Source: Anaerolineae bacterium (GTDB lineage Bacteria > Chloroflexota > Anaerolineae > Anaerolineales > Anaerolineaceae). Taken from it: DNA of 32,000 nucleotides. The notes under the pieces are model-generated. The model saw only the letters and a program-made list of their open reading frames with translations, searched no databases and had not been told where the DNA came from. Location: assembly GCA_013178295.1 (NCBI GenBank), contig JABLWW010000006.1, positions 58,141 through 90,140 of the forward strand, in the 5' to 3' direction. The position numbers and the translations under genes were made by a program. How positions within the stretch are numbered: position 1 is the stretch's first letter; the number at the start of each line of letters is the position of its first letter. Shown piece after piece: positions 9,046 through 18,481 of this stretch.

Positions 9046-9996
9046 ATGGCATTAATAAGCAATCATCCAAAGATTTCTATTGAAGAATTCGATCGCCTCT
9101 TTGAAACGCTCAAGAATTGGGGCAAATGGGGTGCGGACGATGTAATGGGAACGCTGAATTACATCACGCCCGACAAGGTACACGCCGCTGCGGCGTTGGT
9201 CAAAAGCGGGCGCAGTGTCTCGATGGCTATTCCTATTAACACCCTTGCCGGACCCGATAACCCTAATCCTGCCATTCACTATATGAACACCACCCACGAT
9301 ATTGACATCGGTTGTGGTGAACTGCGTTTTGCCACCGATTTCCTCGCCATGCAGTTTCACGGCGACTGCCACACACACATTGATGCCCTGTGCCATATCG
9401 CCTACAAAGGGCAGCTCTACAATGGCCGTCCGGCGGGGCTGGTGACAGCTCGCGGCGCGCTCGGTCTGGATATCACCGATTACGCGCAAGGCATCGTCGG
9501 CAAAGGTGTGCTCATTGATATGCCGCGCCTGCGCGGGGTGAAATGGCTCGAACCGGGTGAAGCCATCACCCGCGAGGATATCGAAGCCGCCGAAGCAGCT
9601 CAGGGGGTGCGTCTTAGCGAAGGTGACATCATGGTCTTTCGCACCGGTCATCACCGCCGGAGGCTTGAACTGGGTGCATGGGATGCGGGATATAGCGGTG
9701 AGGGGCGTGCAGGGCTGGATCCCTATGCTCTTACATTGCTTCACGAGCGTAAGGTAGCAGCTTTTCTCCCCGATGGTGATGGTGAGTTGGTGCCATCTTA
9801 TGTGGAAGGGCTGGAATATCCCATCCACCCACTACAGGTAACAGCAATGGGGATGTGCGTGGCAGACAGCTTGCAATTTGAAGAACTGGTGAGGGTGTGC
9901 AATGAGGAGAAACGCTTTGAGTTCATGGTGGTCATCGCTCCGTTGCGTCTTCCAAAAGCCACTGGTTCGCCCTTCAACCCTATTGCGGTTTTCTAA
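9046..9996 (+). CDS. Cyclase family protein (kynurenine-formamidase-like metal-dependent hydrolase)
   Basis: HGDCHTHIDALCH metal-binding motif and GVLIDMPRLRG region. Confidence 0.88.
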   Translation: MALISNHPKISIEEFDRLFETLKNWGKWGADDVMGTLNYITPDKVHAAAALVKSGRSVSMAIPINTLAGPDNPNPAIHYMNTTHDIDIGCGELRFATDFLAMQFHGDCHTHIDALCHIAYKGQLYNGRPAGLVTARGALGLDITDYAQGIVGKGVLIDMPRLRGVKWLEPGEAITREDIEAAEAAQGVRLSEGDIMVFRTGHHRRRLELGAWDAGYSGEGRAGLDPYALTLLHERKVAAFLPDGDGELVPSYVEGLEYPIHPLQVTAMGMCVADSLQFEELVRVCNEEKRFEFMVVIAPLRLPKATGSPFNPIAVF

Positions 9997-10090
9997 AGTT
10001 GAGATAAAGGTAACAGGAATTAACCACAAAGGGACGCAGAGGTTTCGGGTGTTTCTCTGCCCTCTCCCAGTGAGAAAGTGAGAGACTGGC

Positions 10091-10870
10091 ATGAGCGAAG
10101 AAAAACGTGTGGCAATCATTACTGGCGGCGGTAGCGGGATCGGTGCGGCGGCAGCAAAACTTTTTGTCTCACAAGGGGTGCGCGTGGCACTGGTGGGGCG
10201 CCGTCTGGAGAACCTCAACCATACCGCCATGGCAATACGTGATGCTGGTGGTGAAGCGCTGACCATCCCAATGGATATAGGCAAACCCGATGCTCCGCAG
10301 AAGATTATCGCCAATGTGGTAAACGTCTGGGGCAGCGTGGATATTCTGGTTAACAATGCCGCGGCAATTAAACATCTGCCCATTGATCAGGCAACAATGG
10401 ACGTCTTCGATGAGCACGTGGCAGTCAACGTCCGCGCCCCATATTTTCTGGTACAGGCGGCGTTGCCTTATTTGCGCAAGTCCGCTCTGCCGACGGTGAT
10501 TAACATCTCATCTTCCTCGGGATCGCTGGCTATACCTGGTCAGGCAATGTATGGCATGTCCAAGGCGGCGCTGGAATATCTCACCAGATCGCTGGCAGCT
10601 GAGCTGGCGCCGCTTGGGGTTCGCGTTAACGCCATCGCTCCTGGCCCGGTGGACACGCCTATTCATCTTACATGGGCAGGGGATGACGTGGCTGGCGCCT
10701 ATGAACGGATGAAAAAAGAAGTGCCGCTTGGACGGATGGGCACAGCAGAAGAACTGGCGGCATGGATCGTCTGGCTGGCAAGCCCGCAGGCAAATTGGGT
10801 TACCGGCGTGATCATCCCTGTGGATGGCGGGCAAGTATTGCCCGGTGCACTCTCGCGTATTGTCGAGTAA
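10091..10870 (+). CDS. SDR family oxidoreductase
   Basis: TGGGSGIGAAAAKLF, NNAA, S...YGMSK catalytic motif, PGPVDTP. Confidence 0.93.
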   Translation: MSEEKRVAIITGGGSGIGAAAAKLFVSQGVRVALVGRRLENLNHTAMAIRDAGGEALTIPMDIGKPDAPQKIIANVVNVWGSVDILVNNAAAIKHLPIDQATMDVFDEHVAVNVRAPYFLVQAALPYLRKSALPTVINISSSSGSLAIPGQAMYGMSKAALEYLTRSLAAELAPLGVRVNAIAPGPVDTPIHLTWAGDDVAGAYERMKKEVPLGRMGTAEELAAWIVWLASPQANWVTGVIIPVDGGQVLPGALSRIVE

Positions 10871-10910
10871 ATTTATGTGGCACAGATAAACGCCAATTGA
10901 AGGATCAGCT

Positions 10911-11678
10911 ATGGAACGACGTTTTGAAGGAAAGGTAGCACTGGTAACAGGGACAACACACGGCATTGGACAGGCGACCGCGGTGCGTCTGGCCGCTGAG
11001 GGTGCGCTGGTGGCTGTCAACCATCGCCCAACCAGCGACCCGACTGAGACATTAGAGCGGGTGCGCGCCGCTGGAGGCAAGGCTTTTCCCGTTGCCGCCG
11101 ATATGCGTAACCCAGAGCAAGTGCTGGCAATGGTGAAAGAGACGGCGCGCGTTGGCGGGCGGCTGGATTATCTGGTGAGCAACGCTGCTATCAATCCCCT
11201 GCTGAAATGGGATGAGATCACACTGGAAGATTATGATCGCATTCAGGAGACCAACCTGCGCGGGACGTGGGTGGTGTGTCAGGCTGCTGCCAAACAAATG
11301 ATCCGAGAAGGGCACGGCGGGGCAATTGTCTGCGTTTCGTCCATCTCTGCGTGGGTGGCGGCGCGTGAGCAGACAGTATATTGCGCCACCAAGGCCGGTA
11401 TCTGGATGCTGGTTAAAGCCCTTGCTGCCGTGCTGGGCGAACATGGCATCCGCATCAATTCGGTGCTCCCCGGTGCCATCCTGACCAATATGAGCAAGGA
11501 ACTGTTAAACCCCGACGCCCCAGCGCGCAAGTATTACGAAACCCGCACCCCGCTGGGACGCATCGGAGCGCCAGAAGAGGTGGCAAGCGTAATCTCCTTC
11601 CTTCTCAGCGACGACGCCAGCTATATGACCAGCTCCGAACTTCTTGTTGATGGCGGCTTCATCACCAACGCGGAATGA
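10911..11678 (+). CDS. SDR family oxidoreductase
   Basis: TGTTHGIGQATAVRL, SNAAINP, SSISAW...YCATK, PGAILTNM, VDGGFITNAE C-terminus. Confidence 0.93.
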   Translation: MERRFEGKVALVTGTTHGIGQATAVRLAAEGALVAVNHRPTSDPTETLERVRAAGGKAFPVAADMRNPEQVLAMVKETARVGGRLDYLVSNAAINPLLKWDEITLEDYDRIQETNLRGTWVVCQAAAKQMIREGHGGAIVCVSSISAWVAAREQTVYCATKAGIWMLVKALAAVLGEHGIRINSVLPGAILTNMSKELLNPDAPARKYYETRTPLGRIGAPEEVASVISFLLSDDASYMTSSELLVDGGFITNAE

Positions 11679-11699
11679 GCGGATAATCTGGAGGTATCA

Positions 11700-13190
11700 A
11701 TGAGCCTGTTGGGTATTGATATGGGTTCCAGTTCGGTAAAGATCGCCGCCTACGATGTAGATGGCAGGATGCTTGCCGTAACCGGTAAGGAGATCACCCC
11801 CCTTCACCCCCAGCCCGGTTGGTGGGAGACTGACCCTGAAGATGTGTGGCGCGCCACGCGCCTCGGACTGGAGGAGATAGCCAAAATGGACGCTCTGCGC
11901 CATGACCCGCCAAGCGCTCTAGCTATCAGCGCCTCAGGGCGCGAGAATTTTCCGGCAGACCAACAGGGAAATCCTCTGGGCAATAACATCATGGGTGCTG
12001 ACGTGCGCGGGATGGAGTTTGAGTCTCCTCCTCAGGGCGCACCGATTCCCGAGCCCTGGAGTTTCTCCTGCGGACACCTGCGCGAACGCATGGATCCTGT
12101 GCTTCGTCTTCTCTGGTGGCGCAAATATCATCCCGAAATCATTGCCCGAACGCGCATGTACCCTGACTGGCACGGTTTCCTCACCTACCGTCTGTGTGGG
12201 CGCAACGTCAGCGAGCGCAGTCTGGTGGGCAGATGGCTGGTGTATGACCTCCACACCCGCACGTGGGACGTCCAGCGCCTGGCAGAGTATCAGATCGCAA
12301 GCGAACTACTCCCCGAAGTGCTTGAGGCAGGCGAGCCAATCGAAAAGATTCACCCGCAATTAGCTGACGAACTGGGGCTGCCGCGCAACCTGCTCATCGT
12401 CAACGGTGGACATGACCTGAACTGCGCAGCGCTTGGGGCAGGTATATCCGAACTGGGTACCGCGCTGCTCATCAGTGGCTCGTATGAAAACATGCTCATC
12501 CCCACTGAAGCCTTCCCCACTTCTTCCATGTTGCTACGCGGTCTTTCCATCACACCCCATTTTGGTCGCATCGAACGCTCCATCTATGCTATCTGTCCCA
12601 CAGGAAACGCAGTGCTCAACTGGGCAAGGGAGCTGGTTGGCATATCTATCGAAGAACAGGTAGGCTCGCTAGAATCGGAAGGGCTAGGACCCGGTCCGCT
12701 ACTGGCACTTCCTTACCTTTCAGGCGCCATGCTTTACTGGGAGAACGGGCGCAAGTTGCGCGGCGTGCTCCTGGGGCTAACGCTCGCAACGCGCCGTTCA
12801 GATATCGTGCGTGCCTTTATGGAAAGCATTGCCTACGACCATGTGAATACCCTTTTGCTCCTTGCTGAGGAGGGTGTCGAAGTCAAAAAGCTACGCGCCA
12901 CAGGCGGCGGGACGCGTTCCATCTGGTGGACACAACTTAAAGCAGACTTGCTGCAAATGCCCATCGAGGTAGCCAGCCAGCCGGAACCCGGCACCTTTGG
13001 CGCCGCACTGCTTGCTGGTTATGGCATCGGCGTGTACCGCGATTTGGAGACTGCCAGCCGCAAGTACGCCGGAACAGGCAAGGTATTTACACCGCAGCCC
13101 GGAAGGTTCGCTCTGCACCAGAAACGTTTAGAGATCTACCGCCGACTGGTGCCCAGCCTGTTGCATACCGTTTTTGAGGATTGGTATTGA
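11700..13190 (+). CDS. FGGY-family carbohydrate kinase (xylulokinase-like)
   Basis: LLGIDMGSSSVKIAAYDVDGRMLA N-terminus, GGHDLNCAALGAG, ATGGGTRSIWWTQLKADLLQMPI, EPGTFGAALLAGYGIG. Confidence 0.93.
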   Translation: MSLLGIDMGSSSVKIAAYDVDGRMLAVTGKEITPLHPQPGWWETDPEDVWRATRLGLEEIAKMDALRHDPPSALAISASGRENFPADQQGNPLGNNIMGADVRGMEFESPPQGAPIPEPWSFSCGHLRERMDPVLRLLWWRKYHPEIIARTRMYPDWHGFLTYRLCGRNVSERSLVGRWLVYDLHTRTWDVQRLAEYQIASELLPEVLEAGEPIEKIHPQLADELGLPRNLLIVNGGHDLNCAALGAGISELGTALLISGSYENMLIPTEAFPTSSMLLRGLSITPHFGRIERSIYAICPTGNAVLNWARELVGISIEEQVGSLESEGLGPGPLLALPYLSGAMLYWENGRKLRGVLLGLTLATRRSDIVRAFMESIAYDHVNTLLLLAEEGVEVKKLRATGGGTRSIWWTQLKADLLQMPIEVASQPEPGTFGAALLAGYGIGVYRDLETASRKYAGTGKVFTPQPGRFALHQKRLEIYRRLVPSLLHTVFEDWY

Positions 13191-13248
13191 TGACAGGACG
13201 CATCAATTTGTATTCTCAAGCAGAACTCTTGGAAAGGCAGGGTTTGCG

Positions 13249-14178
13249 ATGGAGATAAACCACGACAGACGCAGTAGCAAAAAAGAGTTGCAGGTGCGAC
13301 TGGCAGAATATCTGATTCAGCTGGAGGAGGGCAACAAGCTCCCCAGCATCCGCAAGCTGGCTTCTACAACCCACATGAGTCTAGGTTCCGTTTCTTCAGC
13401 GCTGAACGACCTGCAGGAAATGGGCGCGGTCAGCATTCAAAAACGTGGGCACCTCGGGTCAATCGTGGAAAAGATTTCGATGAACAAATTGTGGAACGTT
13501 ATCGAACCTGGGCCTCTGGTGATCGCCATGACCTTGCCCATGCACCTCAAATTTGAAGGGCTGGCTACCGGATTGAAGATGGCATTTGAAAACGCTGGGA
13601 TCGACGCTTATATGATTTTCATTCGTGGATCACTCACCCGCCTCAAAGCGCTGCGCGAGAATCGCTGTCATGTTGCTGTGATGTCGGGGATGGCGGCGGA
13701 GGCGCTCTGCGACGAGGGGTTAGAAATTGTGCTTACCCTGCCAGCAGGGAGCTGGATATCTGGTTATACAGTTTTCTATCGTGATCTGCCTCCTGGCTGC
13801 AATAGACCGCTGCGCGTGGCGGTGGACACAGATTCGCAGGATCATCGGCGGTTAAACGACCTGGAGTTTGCAGGTCAGGCAGTGGAATATCGCTATGAAT
13901 CGTTCGTCAAGTTCTCGCGTCTGTTGCGTAATGGGGATGCGGATGCAGCTATCTGGACTGTCGATCAGGAAGAGGCTTACCTCGGCGCGGATATAAAACA
14001 ACGTCCCCTCTCAGAGCATGTGATGAAAAAGATTGGAGAAAAATCTCTTTCAGCAACCTTTATCGCCCGCGCTGGTCATGGGGCACTGCGGGCGCTTTTT
14101 ACAAATGTTATTGATCCGCAAACGCTTCTTCAGGTACAGGCAAAAGTGGTGGCAGGCGAGATGGTCCCTGGTTACTGA
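13249..14178 (+). CDS. YhfZ-like GntR-type transcriptional regulator
   Basis: Winged-helix region LPSIRKLASTTHMSLGSVSSALNDLQEMGAVSIQKRGHLGS followed by a periplasmic-binding-like C-terminal part resembling YhfZ. The ORF track starts at 13174; ATG at 13249 fits better because earlier residues are not HTH-like and overlap the kinase gene. Confidence 0.75.
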   Translation: MEINHDRRSSKKELQVRLAEYLIQLEEGNKLPSIRKLASTTHMSLGSVSSALNDLQEMGAVSIQKRGHLGSIVEKISMNKLWNVIEPGPLVIAMTLPMHLKFEGLATGLKMAFENAGIDAYMIFIRGSLTRLKALRENRCHVAVMSGMAAEALCDEGLEIVLTLPAGSWISGYTVFYRDLPPGCNRPLRVAVDTDSQDHRRLNDLEFAGQAVEYRYESFVKFSRLLRNGDADAAIWTVDQEEAYLGADIKQRPLSEHVMKKIGEKSLSATFIARAGHGALRALFTNVIDPQTLLQVQAKVVAGEMVPGY

Positions 14179-14207
14179 GGTCTGTGTTGGGCATTTCAGG
14201 AGCTTGA

Positions 14208-15323
14208 ATGAACAACCATGAATACGAAATCGGCTTACGTAAAGATCAGCTCGATACCCCAGCATTGCTGTTGGATCTGGATGCACTGGAACATAACATT
14301 CAGACGATGGCAGCCTTCTGCAAAAAAGCTGGCATTGCCCTGCGGCCACATGCCAAGATTTACAAAGGCACTCCCATCTTTGCCTGGATGCAGCTACGTG
14401 CAGGCGCCATTGGTATTACTGTTTCCAAGCTCGCCGAGGCAGAAACTCTCGCTGCTGGTGGCATCTCCGATATTCTCATCGCAAATCAGGTGGTGGGAGC
14501 GCGCAAAGTGCAACGACTGGTCAATCTGGCGGCTTATACCGATGTCAAAGTCGCGGTCGACTCACACGAAAATGTGCAGGAGCTTTCAGACGCGGCTGTG
14601 GCGCGCGGGGTCAAGTTGGGCGTGTTGCTGGAAATCAATATTGGCAACAACCGTTGCGGCGTTGAACCCTTTGCGCCCTCGCTCAACCTGGCACACAAAG
14701 TGCTTGCCTTGCCTGGTCTCAAGTTGTGCGGCATCATGGGCTACGATGGGCATCTGGCATTTGTTGAAGATTTAAAAGAGCGTGCTGAACGCTCACGCCA
14801 GGCTTACCATCTGCTAATCGAGGCACGCGATTATCTAGAAAAAGCCGGAATAAAAATCGAGATCGTCAGCGGTGGGGGAAGCGCTACCTACCAATCTGCC
14901 GCCAGCGTCAAGGGTCTCACTGAACTTCAGGCTGGCTCTTATCTCCTGCTCGATACCACCTATTACGAAAACGGCTTAAAGGATTTCCGCCCAGTGCTCA
15001 CCATTTTAGCTACCGTCATCAGCCGTCCGCAGCGCCAGGGCGCTGAGAATATTGCCATCCTTGATGTGGGACGCAAGATGCTGGATACCTTCTATGGACT
15101 CCCGACAGTCAAATACCCTGAGGGTGAAATCTTCTCTATGCCGCAGGAACACAGCCGCCTCAGGTTGGCTGACCCGCAGACAAAGCTGGCTGTAGGCGAC
15201 AAAGTGGAATTGTGGGTGAACGATGCCAACGGTACGGTGAACCTCTATGATAGTCTCTATGCCATGCGCGGTGACATTGTTGAAGCCGTGTGGGAACTCA
15301 CTGGACGGGGAAAGGCGACCTGA
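14208..15323 (+). CDS. Alanine-racemase N-terminal-domain PLP enzyme (D-threonine aldolase / D-serine dehydratase DSD1-like)
   Basis: LDTPALLLDLDALEHNIQTMAAFCKKAGIALRPHAKIYKGTPIFAWMQLRAGAIGITVSKLAEAETLAAGG; lysine in RPHAKIYK; C-terminal GDKVELWVNDANGTVNLYD. Confidence 0.87.
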   Translation: MNNHEYEIGLRKDQLDTPALLLDLDALEHNIQTMAAFCKKAGIALRPHAKIYKGTPIFAWMQLRAGAIGITVSKLAEAETLAAGGISDILIANQVVGARKVQRLVNLAAYTDVKVAVDSHENVQELSDAAVARGVKLGVLLEINIGNNRCGVEPFAPSLNLAHKVLALPGLKLCGIMGYDGHLAFVEDLKERAERSRQAYHLLIEARDYLEKAGIKIEIVSGGGSATYQSAASVKGLTELQAGSYLLLDTTYYENGLKDFRPVLTILATVISRPQRQGAENIAILDVGRKMLDTFYGLPTVKYPEGEIFSMPQEHSRLRLADPQTKLAVGDKVELWVNDANGTVNLYDSLYAMRGDIVEAVWELTGRGKAT

Positions 15324-15326
15324 AGC

Positions 15327-15743
15327 ATGATTCAATCCCACCAGATCATCCTTCACAGTGAGGGTCGCTTTGACGTGATCAACATTACGCACCATGTCGC
15401 CGATTTTGTCACTTCTTGCGGGGTACAAAATGGGCAGGTAACCGTCTTTTTCCAACACACCACCGGCGCGGTGATCATCGGCGAGCATGAGACCGGCATT
15501 GTTGCCGATCTGCAAAATATGTTCGGGCGCCTCGCACCGCTGGATTACCCCTACAAACATCACATCCGCGGTGTGGATTTCAATGGTCACGCCCATGTAC
15601 GTACTGCACTGATGCCGGTCAGCGTTACCATTCCATTGATCGATGGCAAAATGGCTCTTGGCAAGTATCAGGACATACTCGTCATTGACGATCAGGTGGA
15701 CGCCGAACCGCGTTCGCTGGTGATACAGGTCAGTGGAGAGTAA
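15327..15743 (+). CDS. YjbQ family protein (secondary thiamine-phosphate synthase enzyme family)
   Basis: 138 aa; VTVFFQHTTGAVIIGEHE, HIRGVDFNGHAHVRTALMPVSVTIPLIDGKMALGKYQDILVIDD. Confidence 0.85.
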   Translation: MIQSHQIILHSEGRFDVINITHHVADFVTSCGVQNGQVTVFFQHTTGAVIIGEHETGIVADLQNMFGRLAPLDYPYKHHIRGVDFNGHAHVRTALMPVSVTIPLIDGKMALGKYQDILVIDDQVDAEPRSLVIQVSGE

Positions 15744-15747
15744 GCGA

Positions 15748-16374
15748 ATGAGCGCAATCAATGCGGTGTTCTTTTGGTTCAGCGGCGTCATCATTCAACC
15801 ATTACATACGCTTCTCTTTCATGCCCTTCAAAGTCGTGGCAATCAAACCAATCTGCTGATGCAGTCTGAATACTTCACGCTGTGCGATGCTCTTGCAACA
15901 GGAGCGCTGGACGCCGCCGCATTTTGCCGCCGTCTGGCGCAGATATGCGCACTGGATGTGGACTCCGCCACGCTGGAGAAGGAAATTCTTGCTGCAGCAG
16001 AACCCAACCCTGGGGTGAACGCTGAGATTGACAAGCTGCCGAGAGAATATCAGCGCTGGCTTGTGGTTGATCTGCCCGCTCACTGGTTTGAACAGCTTGC
16101 CGGGCGCATCGAGGTTTCTTCCTGTTTTTCCCCGCAGGAGATTGTTTTCCTCCCCCATGCAGGTCTGCCGCGCCTTGTGCCAGAAGCATTCGATTACCTC
16201 GCACGCTGCGCGCGCACCTCGCGTGGCAAATGTCTGCTTTTTCACGCCTCCACCCACCATGCCATTGAAGCACTCAATTATGGCATGCATGCGGCGACAT
16301 TTGTTGATGCCCGGCATATCGAGCGCGAGTTCCTCCTCCGCCGCATCACTGACAAAGCATACCGTGTTCATTAA
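15748..16374 (+). CDS. HAD-superfamily-like protein with catalytic residues replaced (predicted pseudoenzyme)
   Basis: AVFFWFSGVI in place of the canonical AVFFDLGGVI, and KCLLFHASTHHAIEALNYGMHAATFVDARHIEREF in place of xCLFIDDSxxNVEAAxxLGMxAIxFxDxxxLxxEL. ATG at 15748 chosen over GTG at 15733. Confidence 0.65.
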   Translation: MSAINAVFFWFSGVIIQPLHTLLFHALQSRGNQTNLLMQSEYFTLCDALATGALDAAAFCRRLAQICALDVDSATLEKEILAAAEPNPGVNAEIDKLPREYQRWLVVDLPAHWFEQLAGRIEVSSCFSPQEIVFLPHAGLPRLVPEAFDYLARCARTSRGKCLLFHASTHHAIEALNYGMHAATFVDARHIEREFLLRRITDKAYRVH

Positions 16375-16462
16375 TCTCTAGTACAGCGCGCGTACGAAAT
16401 ATAATAATGCCTACGTTTGCCCCTCTACGCCAGCATCGTCAAGCCTTCAACCTGGAGAACAC

Positions 16463-17293
16463 ATGAAAATATCTACTGCGACCTCTGTATTCTTGAACTA
16501 CACCCTCCCCGATGCGTTGGATGAGATCGTCCGCTGCGGGTTTGATGGTGTAGATATATGGTGTGGACGCCCGCACCTTTTCCGCAGGGATTATCCCCCC
16601 GAAATGTTGCAACACATCCGCCAGATGTTACAGAAAAACCACCTCACTCCCGTTTCTGTGATGCCCGCCTTCTTCCGCTATCCGTTTTCCCTCTCCAGCC
16701 CACTGGATGCCATCCGCAGTGACAGCATCGCTTACATGAAGGACTGTATTGACAACGCTGCCGCCATCGGTTCAAAGGTCGTTCTCGTTGTCCCCAACCA
16801 CAGTCTACGCGGGCAGACACTGGATGACGCCCGCCAACGCTTCATTGACAGCCTGTCTCAGCTTGCTCCGTATGCCGCTCGCAATGGTATCACCCTTGGA
16901 TTAGAAGTCGTCTATCCCCTCCTCTCGGACTATATGTCCGCCACAGATCATGCCCTCCAGGTCATCCATAACCTTGGCGGCAACAATCTTGGAGTTGTCC
17001 TCGATAGCGGGCATCTTAACCTCTCCGATGAGGATGTGCGCTCCGCCCTGGAGAACGTCGGCGATCTTCTCCTTCAGATGCACATCAACGACAACGACGC
17101 CAGACAACAGCAGAATGCCATTCCCGGCGAGGGCGTCTTCGATTTCAAAATGCTGGTGGCGCTGCTACGCCAACGCGGCTATCAAGGATTTCTCAGCCTC
17201 GAACTGGGGTGGGGTTATACCTTTGACCCCATGCCTGCTATTCAAGAATCCCTGCGTCGTGTGCGCTCCCTGCTCGATGAGAATCAGAAGTAA
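16463..17293 (+). CDS. Sugar phosphate isomerase/epimerase (TIM-barrel, AP-endonuclease-2-like)
   Basis: GLEVVYP, LGVVLDSGHLNL, LLLQMHINDNDA, GFLSLELGW metal-binding pattern. Confidence 0.88.
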   Translation: MKISTATSVFLNYTLPDALDEIVRCGFDGVDIWCGRPHLFRRDYPPEMLQHIRQMLQKNHLTPVSVMPAFFRYPFSLSSPLDAIRSDSIAYMKDCIDNAAAIGSKVVLVVPNHSLRGQTLDDARQRFIDSLSQLAPYAARNGITLGLEVVYPLLSDYMSATDHALQVIHNLGGNNLGVVLDSGHLNLSDEDVRSALENVGDLLLQMHINDNDARQQQNAIPGEGVFDFKMLVALLRQRGYQGFLSLELGWGYTFDPMPAIQESLRRVRSLLDENQK

Positions 17294-17296
17294 CAA

Positions 17297-18481
17297 ATGA
17301 CGGCGACTTTTTGTTTGGATTCGCGTATTACGGATGATTACCTCCAGCGCATTGAACAGCGCTTGCCCACCTCGATGAACGATGAACGCGTACGCCGCGA
17401 TGCACAAGCCAAGGTTGAAAAACTGCGTCTCTGGATGGTACAACAAAAGCTGGATAGCGTCCTCATTTCACGCTATGACAACTTTGCATGGCTCACATGC
17501 GGTGGCGACAATCGCGTCCTCAAAAACACCGAGACGGGTGCCGGACATCTCCTTCTCACTGCCGACCGTCAGTATCTTCTCGCCTACAGCATGGATGGCG
17601 AGCGCATCCTCGAAGAGCAAATCCCTGCTCAGGGATATCAACTCGAAACCGTCCGCTGGTACGAGGGCGACCCACGTCATCTCACCTTCAAGTTGGGTGG
17701 CAAGCGCATTGCCGCTGACACCGCTCTTCCTGGTGCAGAAGAACGCACGCTGGAAATTCACCGTCTTCACGAACCACTGACCGAACTAGAGATTGACCGC
17801 TGTCGCTGGCTGGGACGGCAGAGCGCTCTCCTCCTCGAGGCGCTTGCCCGCCGGTTACACCCCGGCATGACGGAAGAAGATGTCGCCCGTGAAACGCAAT
17901 GCCTCTATTCTCTTCATGGCATCGAGCTAATTGTCCTCCTTGTTGGCAGCGACGCGCGTGCCATACGTCTACGTCACTCCGTTCCCAGCGGGAAACGCAT
18001 TGAGAAATACATTCTCCTTCATCCCGCTGCCCGCCGCTGGGGGCTGCACGCCAACATCTGCCGCAGCATCCATTTCGGCAAACCCGAACCCGGTCTGTGC
18101 CAGACGTATCACGCCGCGGCTACCATTTATGCCCGCACACTTGGCATGCTCCAACCAAGTCTACCCTTTGCCAACATCCTCGCCGCACAAAAAACTTGGT
18201 ATGCCGATTTGGGCTATACCAATGAGTGGCGCGAGCACTTTCAGGGTGGCCCCTGCGGTTACATCCCCTGTGACCCGACACGCTGTTTCACCGCCATGCA
18301 TGTTGTCGCCGGGCAGGCTTATGATTGGTTTATCACCCTCCCCGGCGTCATGTCTGAAGAGCTTGCACTGCTCACCATTTCAGGCATCGAGGTCGCTTCT
18401 CTCTCCCCCAATTGGCCAAGTCTGGCAATTGATACACCAACAAGTGGAGAAATTCGTTTGCCGGATATGATCGTGGTCTGA
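17297..18481 (+). CDS. M24 / Xaa-Pro-peptidase-fold protein lacking the canonical metal ligands
   Basis: Creatinase-like N-terminal domain (AKVEKLRLWMVQQKLDSVLISRYDNFAWLTCGG), then RLRHSVPSGKRIEKYILLHPAARRWGLHANICRSIHFG and HFQGGPCGY in place of metal-ligand motifs. Confidence 0.72.
   Translation: MTATFCLDSRITDDYLQRIEQRLPTSMNDERVRRDAQAKVEKLRLWMVQQKLDSVLISRYDNFAWLTCGGDNRVLKNTETGAGHLLLTADRQYLLAYSMDGERILEEQIPAQGYQLETVRWYEGDPRHLTFKLGGKRIAADTALPGAEERTLEIHRLHEPLTELEIDRCRWLGRQSALLLEALARRLHPGMTEEDVARETQCLYSLHGIELIVLLVGSDARAIRLRHSVPSGKRIEKYILLHPAARRWGLHANICRSIHFGKPEPGLCQTYHAAATIYARTLGMLQPSLPFANILAAQKTWYADLGYTNEWREHFQGGPCGYIPCDPTRCFTAMHVVAGQAYDWFITLPGVMSEELALLTISGIEVASLSPNWPSLAIDTPTSGEIRLPDMIVV

Noticed and set aside
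9052-9828. Long minus-strand ORF (258 aa)
   Set aside because: Lies antisense inside the well-supported cyclase-family gene; composition resembles a shadow ORF with no recognisable motif.
10021-10042. AACCACAAAGGGACGCAGAGG string resembling widespread intergenic repeat-like text
   Set aside because: Only one copy noticed in the window; repeat status needs a genome-wide count, so it was not called as a repeat.
14218-14775. Plus-strand 185 aa ORF in another frame
   Set aside because: Fully overlaps the alanine-racemase-fold gene in a different frame and has low-complexity, non-family composition.
15006-16371. Minus-strand ORFs 15006..15794 and 15802..16371
   Set aside because: Antisense to the PLP-enzyme, YjbQ and HAD-like genes, whose plus-strand products match known families; the minus translations show no family features.
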